Assembly: GCA_038321985.1 (NCBI GenBank)
Contig: JBBQFN010000026.1
Span: 10,846 to 74,845, forward strand
DNA from: Cyanophyceae cyanobacterium
GTDB taxonomy: Bacteria > Cyanobacteriota > Cyanobacteriia > Cyanobacteriales > Laspinemataceae
Direction of reading: 5' to 3'
DNA: 64,000 bases
In this document: positions 11,132-20,710 of the stretch, in pieces
Layout: each line of letters opens with the position of its first letter
How positions within the stretch are numbered: the first letter of the stretch is position 1
Notes under the pieces: generated by a model
What the model was told of the DNA's origin: nothing
Seen by the model: only the letters and a program-made list of their open reading frames with translations
Database searches by the model: none
Program-made: the position numbers and the translations under genes

Positions 11132-11376
11132 AAGGTTATGGACCTGAAAATTTGCCCCGTTTCGCCGGGACAATCCACGGACAGGATACGGACGACGTAA
11201 CCGCCGATCGCCTGCTGGAATCTTTCCCTCTATTTTATCTAAAATCCCCAATTTTATCGGGTTGAGGAATAAATTACTTGAAATAAGGAATATCAGCAAC
11301 TCTACCCAGTCCCCGAGTCCCTTTTTCCCGGGGAATGGGAGGTTCACAACCAAAGCGCGATCGCCCTTCAATCACT

Positions 11377-12330
11377 ATGCATCCAGATAAAACACTCAAT
11401 CAGTCCCAAAAACTTTCTCATCCCTTGACTCGCCGTAATTTTTTGAAATTAGGCGGTTTATCCGCAGTCGGATTTTTAGGGGCTTTATCCGGTCCCCATT
11501 TGTGGGGAGGAAGGGCAAAAGCACAGGCTCAGCAAAAACCTTTCCTTTCTACGTTTAAATTTACCACAGTTACGGTGAATGAAACGGGAGAAATCATTCA
11601 GAAAGTTTGCAAAGAAACCCAATATTTTCAGGAAACTCTCATCAAGGGTATCGGTGTCGATTTAGTTCAGATTCCTGGGGGTACTTTTTTGATGGGTTCC
11701 CCCGAAACGGAGTTAGAACGATATGAGAGTGAAGGTCCTCAATATCGAGTAAATGTACCGGGGTTTTATTTAAGTCAATCTCCCATTACTCAGGCACAGT
11801 GGCAAGCGGTGATGGGAAATAATTCCTCAACTTGGCAACAAGAAGACTTGCCGGTAGAAAATGTCTCCTGGCATGATGCCGTAGAATTTTGTAACCGATT
11901 AGCCCAAAAAACAGGACGGGGGTATCGTCTGCCGTCAGAGGCAGAATGGGAATATGCCTGTCGCGCTAATACTATAACTCCGTTTTATTTTGGCCACAAA
12001 ATGACGGCAGATTTAGGGAATTATGATGAAAACTTGACGGGAATTAAGGCTCATAAAACAACCCCGGTAGGAAGTTTTCCGGCAAATGGGTTTGGGTTGG
12101 CAGATATGCACGGAAATGTCTGGGAGTGGTGCCAAGATTTGTGGCATGATAATTATGCGGGTGCGCCGACGGATGGGACTGCCTGGGAAGTGGGCGGAAA
12201 TCCCGGATTTCGGATGTTGCGGGGAGGTTCTTGGCATGATTTAGCTTGGTATTCTCGGGCGGCGCAACGGTTTGGCAAGGAACCGGATTCTCGGGAGGCG
12301 ATCGCCGGTTTTCGGATAGCGCTTTCTTGA
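11377..12330 (+). CDS. Formylglycine-generating enzyme (SUMF1) domain protein with Tat signal
   Basis: TRRNFLK twin-arginine motif; RLPSEAEWEYACRA, DMHGNVWEWC, RGGSW, GFR. Confidence 0.88.
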   Translation: MHPDKTLNQSQKLSHPLTRRNFLKLGGLSAVGFLGALSGPHLWGGRAKAQAQQKPFLSTFKFTTVTVNETGEIIQKVCKETQYFQETLIKGIGVDLVQIPGGTFLMGSPETELERYESEGPQYRVNVPGFYLSQSPITQAQWQAVMGNNSSTWQQEDLPVENVSWHDAVEFCNRLAQKTGRGYRLPSEAEWEYACRANTITPFYFGHKMTADLGNYDENLTGIKAHKTTPVGSFPANGFGLADMHGNVWEWCQDLWHDNYAGAPTDGTAWEVGGNPGFRMLRGGSWHDLAWYSRAAQRFGKEPDSREAIAGFRIALS

Positions 12331-12599
12331 AGTTTTGAAGGGTGTGTCAGATAGATGCGCTATTATTTTTCACAAGGCATTGATTGTCTGATACACCCAA
12401 CCTAATCGCGTCTTAAACGCCCTTAAATTTTAGGGGAAGCTGGAGTTATTCCTCCTCCATTAAATTACACCTTGTGAAGCAAAAGTTGGCAAAAATTAAT
12501 TTAAAATTTAAGGCAGTCGCGTAGCTGATTTGGGGGCGAGATTGGGAATATTTCGCCTAGACGCACTTGGGGGCAGTCGCTATGATAAACTATTAAACT

Positions 12600-12800
12600 A
12601 ACATCGTTAAGGTAGATGATATTCGGAACCGATATCTTGAGGGCGATCGCAGCTTTGCGGGAAGCGGATTTAATTGAGGCTCATTTTCACGGAATCAAGG
12701 GAATTTCACTGGGGCTGATTTGAGTGGTACGATTCTGAGCGATGTAAATTTAGAAGGTGCCACGATGCCCGATGGCAGTCTTTACCAAAAACAAAACTGA
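12600..12800 (+). pseudogene. Degenerate pentapeptide-repeat gene remnant
   Basis: Fragments in different frames: RYLEGDRSFAG, EADLIEAHFHG, NFTGADLSGTILSDVNLEGATMPDGS...stop at 12800. Confidence 0.65.
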
Positions 12801-12953
12801 TTGGGGATGGGTTTTTGCGCCGTGAGCCGGTATGATGATAAACTAATTTCTGGCCTTAGCTCGATCGCCAGTTTCGGGCGCAGGGGGACCGAATCGCACC
12901 TATCCCATCCCTAATTTATTCAGCTTTCGTCTTTGAAGGAGTAGTAAAAGTTT

Positions 12954-13544
12954 ATGGCGTATCTTTGGTTTAAGTCTTTTCATATTATTGGCTTTGTAGC
13001 TTGGTTTGCCGGACTGTTTTATTTACCTCGTTTATTCGTGTATCATATTGAAGCCAACGAACGACCTGAAGCGGTTAGAGAGGCTCTCAAAGAGGAGTAT
13101 AACCGCATGGAAAAACGGCTTTATAAATTGATTATGATGCCTGCAATGATTTTCACTATTGTCATGGCGGCTGGCATTATTTATCAAGAACCGGGAGTTT
13201 TTAAAGAAACGTGGCTTCATGTTAAACTCTTGTTAGTATTGGCATTAATTGGCTTTCATTTTTACTGTGGCCGGGTAATTCGTCAGTTGGAAGCCGGAAC
13301 CTGTTCTATCAGTGGTATTCAAATGCGCCGACTGAATGAAGTTCCCACTATTATACTGGCTTTAGTCGTGTTTTTAGCCATTTTTAAAAACAGTTTTCCG
13401 ACAGATATTGTCTCCTGGGGAACCATTGCCGCTATTGTTGCCTTTGCGGTGATTATTCAACTTTATGCTCGCAAACGTCGTTTGCAAGAACAGGGAGAAA
13501 ATGCCTTTAAGCCCATAAATACGCAGCAAATGCCCGAAAATTGA
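12954..13544 (+). CDS. hemJ: Protoporphyrinogen oxidase HemJ
   Basis: YLWFKSFHIIG..WFAGLFYLPRLFVYH, WLHVKL, NEVPT; AAGGAG RBS. Confidence 0.92.
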   Translation: MAYLWFKSFHIIGFVAWFAGLFYLPRLFVYHIEANERPEAVREALKEEYNRMEKRLYKLIMMPAMIFTIVMAAGIIYQEPGVFKETWLHVKLLLVLALIGFHFYCGRVIRQLEAGTCSISGIQMRRLNEVPTIILALVVFLAIFKNSFPTDIVSWGTIAAIVAFAVIIQLYARKRRLQEQGENAFKPINTQQMPEN

Positions 13545-13678
13545 CAGGTGTACAACACCCATTCAATCGGAAAGAATGTATAAACCCGATTTTTTGTCAA
13601 GTAGCTCAAGTCGATTGTACCGCCAAAATCTGCCATCGCCCCAGGGCTAAGTTTCTCCAGTTTTCAACCGGCGATCGC

Positions 13679-14653
13679 CTAAAATGAGGGAAACTTCAAT
13701 AAAGAGGCGATCGCCTCCCTTGCCTGAACCATCCGCGCCTCGTGACTTCCCTCCAGGACAATATATCGTTTTCCCTGACGTTCTAACTGTTCGAGAAACC
13801 ATTGGTGCATAGTCATTCGCAGGGATTCGCTTTCGCGGGTGCCATCTTGAACAAATCCAAAATCCGGTGCAGTGAGCAAATATAGGTCATAATTTCGCCT
13901 CGCGGCGATTTGTTCCAATTTCTCACATTTTGAACCGAGATACCGGCGATGCCAAATACAGGTAGCTAGAGGGTCGGTATCACATACTACGAGGCGATGG
14001 GAACGCATTGCCAGGGCGTCTTCCCAGGCAATTTGTCCCTGGGCAATTTGGATAAACTCGTCACTATCCCAATCGTCGGAATCTGCGAGATATTGCCGTC
14101 CCTCCCAATACCATCGCCCGTATTCTGGCACCCAGACTGTTTGATACTGTTCTGCTAGCGATCGCGCCAAGGTAGTAGTTCCACTGGATTCTACCCCCAC
14201 CATAGCGATGCGCTTGGCAAAATAGGCTTTTGCCGGGGGGGTAAGCATCTGCCAATGAGTCCCTAGATCCTGACGCAGTTGGGTTCCAGAAATGGGGAAT
14301 GCCTCCCGGGGACAGTCGATCGCAATATGTCGCGCGCCCATAAACGCCGCCCAAGGTTCGCCATACGCCTCGGAGGTAAAGGCAACATCCGGTTGTCTTC
14401 CTCCGAGTAATTCTAAGGTGCGTTTTGCCCAAGGTTCAGGCGCTTCTGGCAAATCATCGAGGGTTTCATACACCTCAACCTCGGGATGCATGACTCGAAT
14501 CCAATTCGCCCGTAAGCTGCCGGGAATCGCTTGTTCTGGTTTGGCCCCTACCACAACGACTAACTGCTCAACCTGAGCTTTTGCCTTGCAAATTAAATAG
14601 TCATGTCCCCGGTGGAAGGGATAGAATTTACCCACGGTAACCCCCAGTTTCAT
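13679..14653 (-). CDS. nadR: NadR-like NMN adenylyltransferase / ribosylnicotinamide kinase (no HTH)
   Basis: GKFYPFHRGH (HxGH), ISGT, P-loop GVESSGTTT, VPEYGR, CDTD, FVQDGTR. Confidence 0.85.
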   Translation of the reverse strand: MKLGVTVGKFYPFHRGHDYLICKAKAQVEQLVVVVGAKPEQAIPGSLRANWIRVMHPEVEVYETLDDLPEAPEPWAKRTLELLGGRQPDVAFTSEAYGEPWAAFMGARHIAIDCPREAFPISGTQLRQDLGTHWQMLTPPAKAYFAKRIAMVGVESSGTTTLARSLAEQYQTVWVPEYGRWYWEGRQYLADSDDWDSDEFIQIAQGQIAWEDALAMRSHRLVVCDTDPLATCIWHRRYLGSKCEKLEQIAARRNYDLYLLTAPDFGFVQDGTRESESLRMTMHQWFLEQLERQGKRYIVLEGSHEARMVQAREAIASLLKFPSF

Positions 14654-15309
14654 GGTTCTGAATTCTCCTGTTTTTGTTCAGAATAAAGGCGTTTAAAATT
14701 GTGCAATCCTCCAAATGCCAATAGCCAAAATATGGCATAGAGAAAACTGGTCAAGTAAAGTCCACGGGTGGCATAGAGGGGAACGTAAATGGTATCTACC
14801 CCAATCCATAAATACCAGCTTTCCAGATAGCGTTGCATTAATAATAACTGGGCGATCGCACTGGCAACGGTGGTGAGGGCATCCCAAAAGGGGGCGGTGC
14901 CATTCAGGGCAATTAACAGCGATCGCAACCCAATCACGCTCACGGTTAAAAGTCCCACCAGCCAAGGTATCCAATGCGGGGGAATCCGGGCGATCGGTTT
15001 TGCTGTGCGATGTTCGCCGCCACGCAGCCAACTGTAAATCGCTTGCAAGCTGGTGACTAAATAGAAGAGTTGAATCCCCACTTCCCCATAGAGTCGAACC
15101 TGATAAAATACCCAGGTATAGGCAAGCACTCCCACTAAACCAATCCACCATCCCAACGGGTTATTTTTAGAAAGTAGCCAGACACTCCATGCGGAAGTGA
15201 CAACGGCGACTGCCTCTAAAAAACTGATCTCCAAGGGGACCCAATTTTGAACCGGCAACACCATCAACAACACACTTCCAATTATACCGATTAGAATTTG
15301 TCGGTTCAT
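14650..15309 (-). CDS. pnuC: Nicotinamide riboside transporter PnuC
   Basis: Hydrophobic; WDALTT, AQLLL...YLESWYLWIGVD; 4-bp overlap with nadR-like gene. Confidence 0.87.
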   Translation of the reverse strand: MNRQILIGIIGSVLLMVLPVQNWVPLEISFLEAVAVVTSAWSVWLLSKNNPLGWWIGLVGVLAYTWVFYQVRLYGEVGIQLFYLVTSLQAIYSWLRGGEHRTAKPIARIPPHWIPWLVGLLTVSVIGLRSLLIALNGTAPFWDALTTVASAIAQLLLMQRYLESWYLWIGVDTIYVPLYATRGLYLTSFLYAIFWLLAFGGLHNFKRLYSEQKQENSEP

Positions 15310-15341
15310 TTTTTTAAGTTCATATTTCTGAGGTTAAATTC

Positions 15342-15446
15342 CTATAGCAATCCTAGCTGATTTGTAGCACACCCAGCGCGCTTGGGGTCTCGCCCTACAA
15401 GAGTTTCCATTGTCAATCCATGAATTATACCCAAGGACTGCTATAG
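15342..15446. mobile_element. MITE-like short element with terminal inverted repeats
   Basis: CTATAGCAATCCT ... AGGACTGCTATAG (12/13 complementary) around ~80 bp non-coding DNA. Confidence 0.55.
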
Positions 15447-15746
15447 CGAACCTAAATTATTTAGCAGTTGCGTAAATTATAATGAGCTATAAAAGTTCAG
15501 GGTCCAAGTCTGCCTGTAGTCAGAGAGAGTAGATCCTTCCTTCGGGAGAGGTCATGATAATTTTCTCTGGTTAAAATAAGTAGTTAGTCTAACAATATTT
15601 TGAACAATTATAACCTTAGTAAAGAGGAGAACTATCTTGCTGCCTAATGCTGGGAGATTCTCCCTCTCCTTTTTTGGTGAATTGCTCAATTGATGTGGAC
15701 GGGTCTATGAAAATTACAATGAATCTTTGGATTTTATTATCTAGAT

Positions 15747-16874
15747 ATGAAAGTTTCAACTCATCCCCTGGGGTTAATGCTCACGATTTATCAGCGGGTC
15801 ATTCCGGCTGTTCATCGCCAGTGGAACCATTGGAAAAAACAGGCTCAAAAAATTCCCAATCTTGAACTGAGAAAGCAAGCGTTAATGAGCTTAGAAACCA
15901 AACGGTTTCACTGTGAAGGGGGTGCAATTTATGGCTTGTTAGCTAAAGAAGATTGTGATAAAGTTATTAAATTTATTGTAGGGTATCAAACCCTTTGTGA
16001 TTATTTAGACAATTTATGCGATCGCAGCACGTCCCTGGACCCTCAAGATTTTAGAGCGCTTCACGAATCAATCTTTGATGCTTTAAACCCAGGAGCAAAA
16101 TCGGGAAATTATTATCGGTTTCGGAAAGAACAGGATGATGGAGGCTACTTGAACCAGCTAGTAAAAAATTGCCAAACTGTATTACAGTCTCTTCCTGCCT
16201 ATTCTAAAATTGATTCATCCCTTCAAGAATTAGCCCGTTATTATTGTGATTTGCAAGTTCACAAGCACGTTCGAGTTGAGGAACGCGTTCCCCGGCTCAC
16301 TCAGTGGTTTAAGTCATACAAAAACGAGCTTCCCCAGATGCAGTGGTTTGAGTTTTCAGCCTGTGCTGGCTCGACTTTGGGGATTTTTTGCCTAGTGAGT
16401 TACGCTTGTAATGAAAATTACTCGGAAGGGTTAACCCAAAAAGTCAAAGCTGGTTATTTCCCGTGGGTACAAGGTCTGCATATTTTATTAGATTACTTAA
16501 TTGATAGAGAAGAAGATAGACGGGGTGGGGATTTGAATTTTTGTTTTTATTACAAAAATATAGATAAAATGAAAGAACGATTGGCGCATTTTTTATCTAA
16601 GGCAAATCAAAGTGTCACTCAATTACCCGACCCCAAATTTCATTTAATGATTAATCAAGCCTTGCTCGGAATCTATCTCGCTGACCCCAAAGCGAGAGAG
16701 GATGAAGAAACAAAAGCGATCGCCAAACATCTGCTGCGGTTGGGTGGAGGTGGGGCTTTCTTTTTCTTCTGGAATGGTCGGGTGATGGCAAAACTTCGCC
16801 AAGTCATGTTAGGCGGATTGCCAGGGAATCGAGATAAGCAGAAATTTTTCCAGCCGTTAGAAGATTTTTCTTAA
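15747..16874 (+). CDS. Tetraprenyl-beta-curcumene synthase YtpB-like (DUF2600)
   Basis: KRFHCEGG, YQTLCDYLDNLCDRSTSLDP, CAGSTLG, LHILLDYLID.EEDR.GGDLNF resemble Bacillus YtpB. Confidence 0.8.
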   Translation: MKVSTHPLGLMLTIYQRVIPAVHRQWNHWKKQAQKIPNLELRKQALMSLETKRFHCEGGAIYGLLAKEDCDKVIKFIVGYQTLCDYLDNLCDRSTSLDPQDFRALHESIFDALNPGAKSGNYYRFRKEQDDGGYLNQLVKNCQTVLQSLPAYSKIDSSLQELARYYCDLQVHKHVRVEERVPRLTQWFKSYKNELPQMQWFEFSACAGSTLGIFCLVSYACNENYSEGLTQKVKAGYFPWVQGLHILLDYLIDREEDRRGGDLNFCFYYKNIDKMKERLAHFLSKANQSVTQLPDPKFHLMINQALLGIYLADPKAREDEETKAIAKHLLRLGGGGAFFFFWNGRVMAKLRQVMLGGLPGNRDKQKFFQPLEDFS

Positions 16875-16988
16875 GGATGTACATAAAATAAAAGTTCTGC
16901 ATTTAACCGGGTTAGACAAAGCACAGAACAGTCTTTACCCATATTACAGAGAAGATTTTATTTTTTAGAGTTCCTTAAAAGATAAAGA

Positions 16989-17014
16989 AAAGCCCGCTGA
17001 TGCGGGCTTTGTTT
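16989..17014. terminator. Likely bidirectional intrinsic terminator
   Basis: AAAGCCCGC-TGAT-GCGGGCTTT between convergent genes. Confidence 0.75.
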
Positions 17015-17063
17015 CTGATTGGGGAGAATTCACTCTCCCGGCTATCTTACGGGGAAAGCTGGA

Positions 17064-19583
17064 TTAGTTCATGCTTTCTTCCAACTGGGCGATGTCGAGT
17101 AGGGTTTTCATCACTGAGTCGGGGTTTAAGCTGATTGAGTCAATACCCTGTTCCACCAGGAACCTTGCAAATTCGGGATAATCTGAAGGCGCTTGACCAC
17201 AGATGCCAATCTTGCGGCCCGTTTTCTTAACGGTTTGGATGACCATTTTTACCATATCTTTAACGGCTTGGTTGCGTTCGTCAAAGATGTGAGCAACTAA
17301 GGCAGAGTCGCGGTCCAAACCCAAAGTAAGCTGAGTCAAATCATTGGAACCGATGGAGAATCCGTCGAAGATTTCGGCGAATTGTTCGGCCAAAATGACG
17401 TTACTGGGGATTTCACACATCACATAGACTTGTAGCCCATTTTCACCGCGCTTGAGTCCGAATTTTTCCATGGTCTCTATCACTTTGCGACCTTCATGGG
17501 GGGTGCGGCAGAAGGGAATCATGGGGATGACGTTGGTTAAACCCATGTCGTCCCGAACCCGTTTGAGGGCGACGCACTCTAACCCGTAGGCTTCTATATA
17601 GTTGGGGTCGTAGTAGCGAGATGCACCACGCCAGCCGATCATCGGGTTTTCTTCTTTCGGCTCGAATTGCTTACCCCCTAACAGGTTAGCGTATTCGTTG
17701 CTCTTGAAGTCCGACATCCGGACGATAACGGGATTCGGATAGAAGGCAGCGGCGATCGTGCCGATACCATAGGCTAGTTTTTCTACAAAAAAGTCGGGTT
17801 TGTGCGAATACAGTTTCGTCAGTTCGCCAATCTCTTTTTTGACGGCTTGATCTTCGAGTTGATCGAAGTGGATCAAGGCTAAGGGATGAGCTTTGATGTG
17901 ATTGGCGATGATGAATTCAAATCGGGCTAAACCAACGCCATCGCAGGGGAGAGAAGATAAACCGAAGGCTTCTTCGGGGTTGCCGACGTTCATCAAGATT
18001 TTAGTTTTGGTGCGAGGCAGGTTGTCGATCGCCGTTTCGAGAACCTCGAAGGGAACTAAACCTTCATAAACTTTGCCTTCTTCCCCTTCGGAACAGGAAA
18101 CCGTCACCTCTTGCCCATTCTGGATATCTTTGGTGGCAGTAGAGCACCCGACGATCGCCGGGATACCCATTTCCCGCGCAATGATTGCCGCGTGGCAAGT
18201 CCGTCCCCCTTGGTTGGTGACGATCGCCCGGGCTTTTTTCATGATCGGTTCCCAATCCGGGTCCGTCTTGTTGGTGACTAACACTTCACCTTCTTGGAAC
18301 TGGTCCAGATTGTGGATATCTAAGATGACGCGGGCTTTACCTTGGCCGATCATTTCGCCCACGGCACGACCCCGGACTATAATCTCACTGGTGCCATTGA
18401 GTCTGAAGTTGCGGATTACGTTTCCGGCTTTCTGGGATTGCACGGTTTCCGGACGCGCTTGCACGATGAACAATTCGCCCGTCAATCCATCTTTGGCCCA
18501 CTCAATGTCCATGGGGGTATATTTGCCCCGAGATTCGCTGTAGTGGTCTTCGATAATGCAAGCCCATTTTGCTAAAGTGAGAATTTCATCATCGGTGATG
18601 CAGTATTGATCTCGCTCAGGAGGGGAAACAGAGACGTTTTTAGTCAGCTTTGACCCGCCCACGTCATAAATCATTTTGATTTCTTTACTGCCTAGGCGTT
18701 TTTCCAGGATGGGGCGTTTGCCTTCTTTCAAGGTAGGTTTGAAGACAAAATATTCGTCGGGGTTGACTGCACCTTGGACGACGGTTTCCCCTAATCCATA
18801 AGCTGCGGTGACTAAGGCGGCGTTCTTGAAGCCTGTTTCCGTGTCGATGGAGAACATAACGCCAGAACTGGCTAAGTCAGAGCGTACCATTTTTTGGACA
18901 CCAACAGAAAGGGCAACCTTGAATTCGTCAAAGTCGGGCCGCTTTGAGGCGTATTGATGACGATAGGAGATGGCGCGATCGGTAAATAAAGAGGCAAAGC
19001 ATTTATGACAGGATTCGAGCACTCCTTTGACGCCGTGGACGTTAAGGTAGGTTTCTTGTTGTCCGGCAAAACTCGCATCGGGTAAGTCTTCGGCAGTGGC
19101 GCTGGAACGAACCGCTACGTCAAGATCGCTGCTAAACCGCTCGCACACTTCTTGATATTGTGGCCCGAAGTGCTGGCAAAAATCAGCATTGACTCCATAG
19201 CGATCGCACAATTTGATGTAAGCGATCGCGATCGCCTCGTCTAATTCTTTCGGAAATGGGGTGTTCATCACCATTGACCGCGCTTGCTTACCCCGCTCCC
19301 GCAGATTGTTGACGTCATTCAGGTCTAGATCCGCAAACAAGGCTCTTAGTTTCTGCTCTAATCCGGCTTTTTCGATAAAGTACCGATAAGCATACGCAGT
19401 GGTGGCAAAGCCTGTGGGAACATTCACTCCCTTGGATGCAAGCTGTTGGATCATTTCACCTAATGAGGAGTTTTTTCCCCCAACTAAGCCTAGATCTGCT
19501 AACCCTACTTCTTCAAAGAAAAGTACCAATGCTGTTTCTTTGGAGGCTGTGGTTAATTTTTGTTCTGGAGCTGTAGAAACCAT
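17064..19583 (-). CDS. ppsA: Phosphoenolpyruvate synthase
   Basis: VGGKN, VAVRSSATAEDLPDASFAGQQ, GGRTCHAAIIARE, GFSIGSNDLTQ; likely start ATG 19583. Confidence 0.96.
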   Translation of the reverse strand: MVSTAPEQKLTTASKETALVLFFEEVGLADLGLVGGKNSSLGEMIQQLASKGVNVPTGFATTAYAYRYFIEKAGLEQKLRALFADLDLNDVNNLRERGKQARSMVMNTPFPKELDEAIAIAYIKLCDRYGVNADFCQHFGPQYQEVCERFSSDLDVAVRSSATAEDLPDASFAGQQETYLNVHGVKGVLESCHKCFASLFTDRAISYRHQYASKRPDFDEFKVALSVGVQKMVRSDLASSGVMFSIDTETGFKNAALVTAAYGLGETVVQGAVNPDEYFVFKPTLKEGKRPILEKRLGSKEIKMIYDVGGSKLTKNVSVSPPERDQYCITDDEILTLAKWACIIEDHYSESRGKYTPMDIEWAKDGLTGELFIVQARPETVQSQKAGNVIRNFRLNGTSEIIVRGRAVGEMIGQGKARVILDIHNLDQFQEGEVLVTNKTDPDWEPIMKKARAIVTNQGGRTCHAAIIAREMGIPAIVGCSTATKDIQNGQEVTVSCSEGEEGKVYEGLVPFEVLETAIDNLPRTKTKILMNVGNPEEAFGLSSLPCDGVGLARFEFIIANHIKAHPLALIHFDQLEDQAVKKEIGELTKLYSHKPDFFVEKLAYGIGTIAAAFYPNPVIVRMSDFKSNEYANLLGGKQFEPKEENPMIGWRGASRYYDPNYIEAYGLECVALKRVRDDMGLTNVIPMIPFCRTPHEGRKVIETMEKFGLKRGENGLQVYVMCEIPSNVILAEQFAEIFDGFSIGSNDLTQLTLGLDRDSALVAHIFDERNQAVKDMVKMVIQTVKKTGRKIGICGQAPSDYPEFARFLVEQGIDSISLNPDSVMKTLLDIAQLEESMN

Positions 19584-19822
19584 ATATCCTACTCCTTTTA
19601 CCTGATGCTCGTTTTCACAAGCTGGGTAGAAGGTCAATGAACTTTGTTTCTTTTGACCCTCTATCTAAATCATAATCCAGGTTAGGGAAATTGTCCCCCC
19701 CTTAAAAATATTTATTTGGTAAAGATTTGTACCTCGGAGATAGCGACGATAAACCCCTGGGATTTTGGTCATGTTTAATATATTTTACCTTATTTCGTCC
19801 CGGGAATTGCGGCGAGTTTGTT

Positions 19823-19955
19823 TAATACTCCATACGGTAGTTATAGGTCTGTTAAAAGGATCACAACTTGGTGGACCCCACCCTAACCCTCCCCTTGCAA
19901 AGGTCCGGGAACCATCAGATGAAATTAAACGACTTTTGATACCCGGATTTGGTAT
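19823..19955. repeat. ~133-bp dispersed element, copy 1
   Basis: Near-identical to 20267-20400; carries the CCCCACCCTAACCCTCCCCTTG repeat core. Confidence 0.9.
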
Positions 19956-20266
19956 AAATAACATTTATAGGGTTTATCGGAATCCTGCGATCCCCATAAG
20001 TCAGGGGTGAGTAAAGCCTACAGCGAGCCAGATATGAGGTCCCGACGGCAGGCTAAGGGAACGTACTCCCCGGGAGCAAGATGCCAAGCAAGTAGGCAGG
20101 CTTACGGGCATCACCCACAGGCGGGTGGGAAGGCGATCGCACTCCTAAAATGTACGGGAATAACGGTGGAAACCCCTATAAATGAATTTAACATCAATTC
20201 CGTTGTTTATTTCTTAATATTAAGGTGTCGTTTGCAGCCGGTTGGGTTCTATTTGTGCGGACCCTG

Positions 20267-20400
20267 TAATACTCCATACGGTAGTTATAGGTCTGTTAAA
20301 AGGATCGCAACTTAGTGGACCCCACCCTAACCCTCCCCTTGGCAAGGGGAGGGAACCATCAGATGAAATTAAAACGACTTTTAATACCCGGATTTAGTAT
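20267..20400. repeat. ~133-bp dispersed element, copy 2
   Basis: Direct repeat of 19823-19955 with intact palindrome CCCTCCCCTTGGCAAGGGGAGGG. Confidence 0.9.
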
Positions 20401-20710
20401 GATTCCCAGCAACCTAGTCTAATCAATTCTTCTTAAATTGTGAGACTCAGAGATTGCTAGGAGTAAATACCGCCCGCAGCAGCCCTTATTCAGTAATAAA
20501 TTATCGAGATTATGGGTGGTCCGGAACTCAATTCTCGAAGTTCATAAAAACCTATTTCGGGATTAAGGATAAACCTAACCTACCGATCGCCCGGGGATTC
20601 CCCTTCCCCAACTCCGGATTCCCCAATCCGGTACCTTTTCAAGAGGGGTTTAAGAATTGCTACCCTAGAGAGGGGAACCATCAAGTTAGTAAACCTTGGC
20701 TTGTGACAAT

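Noticed and set aside
19975..20130. 6S RNA or c-di-AMP (ydaO) riboswitch
   Set aside because: Only scattered short motif resemblance; the full consensus could not be matched.
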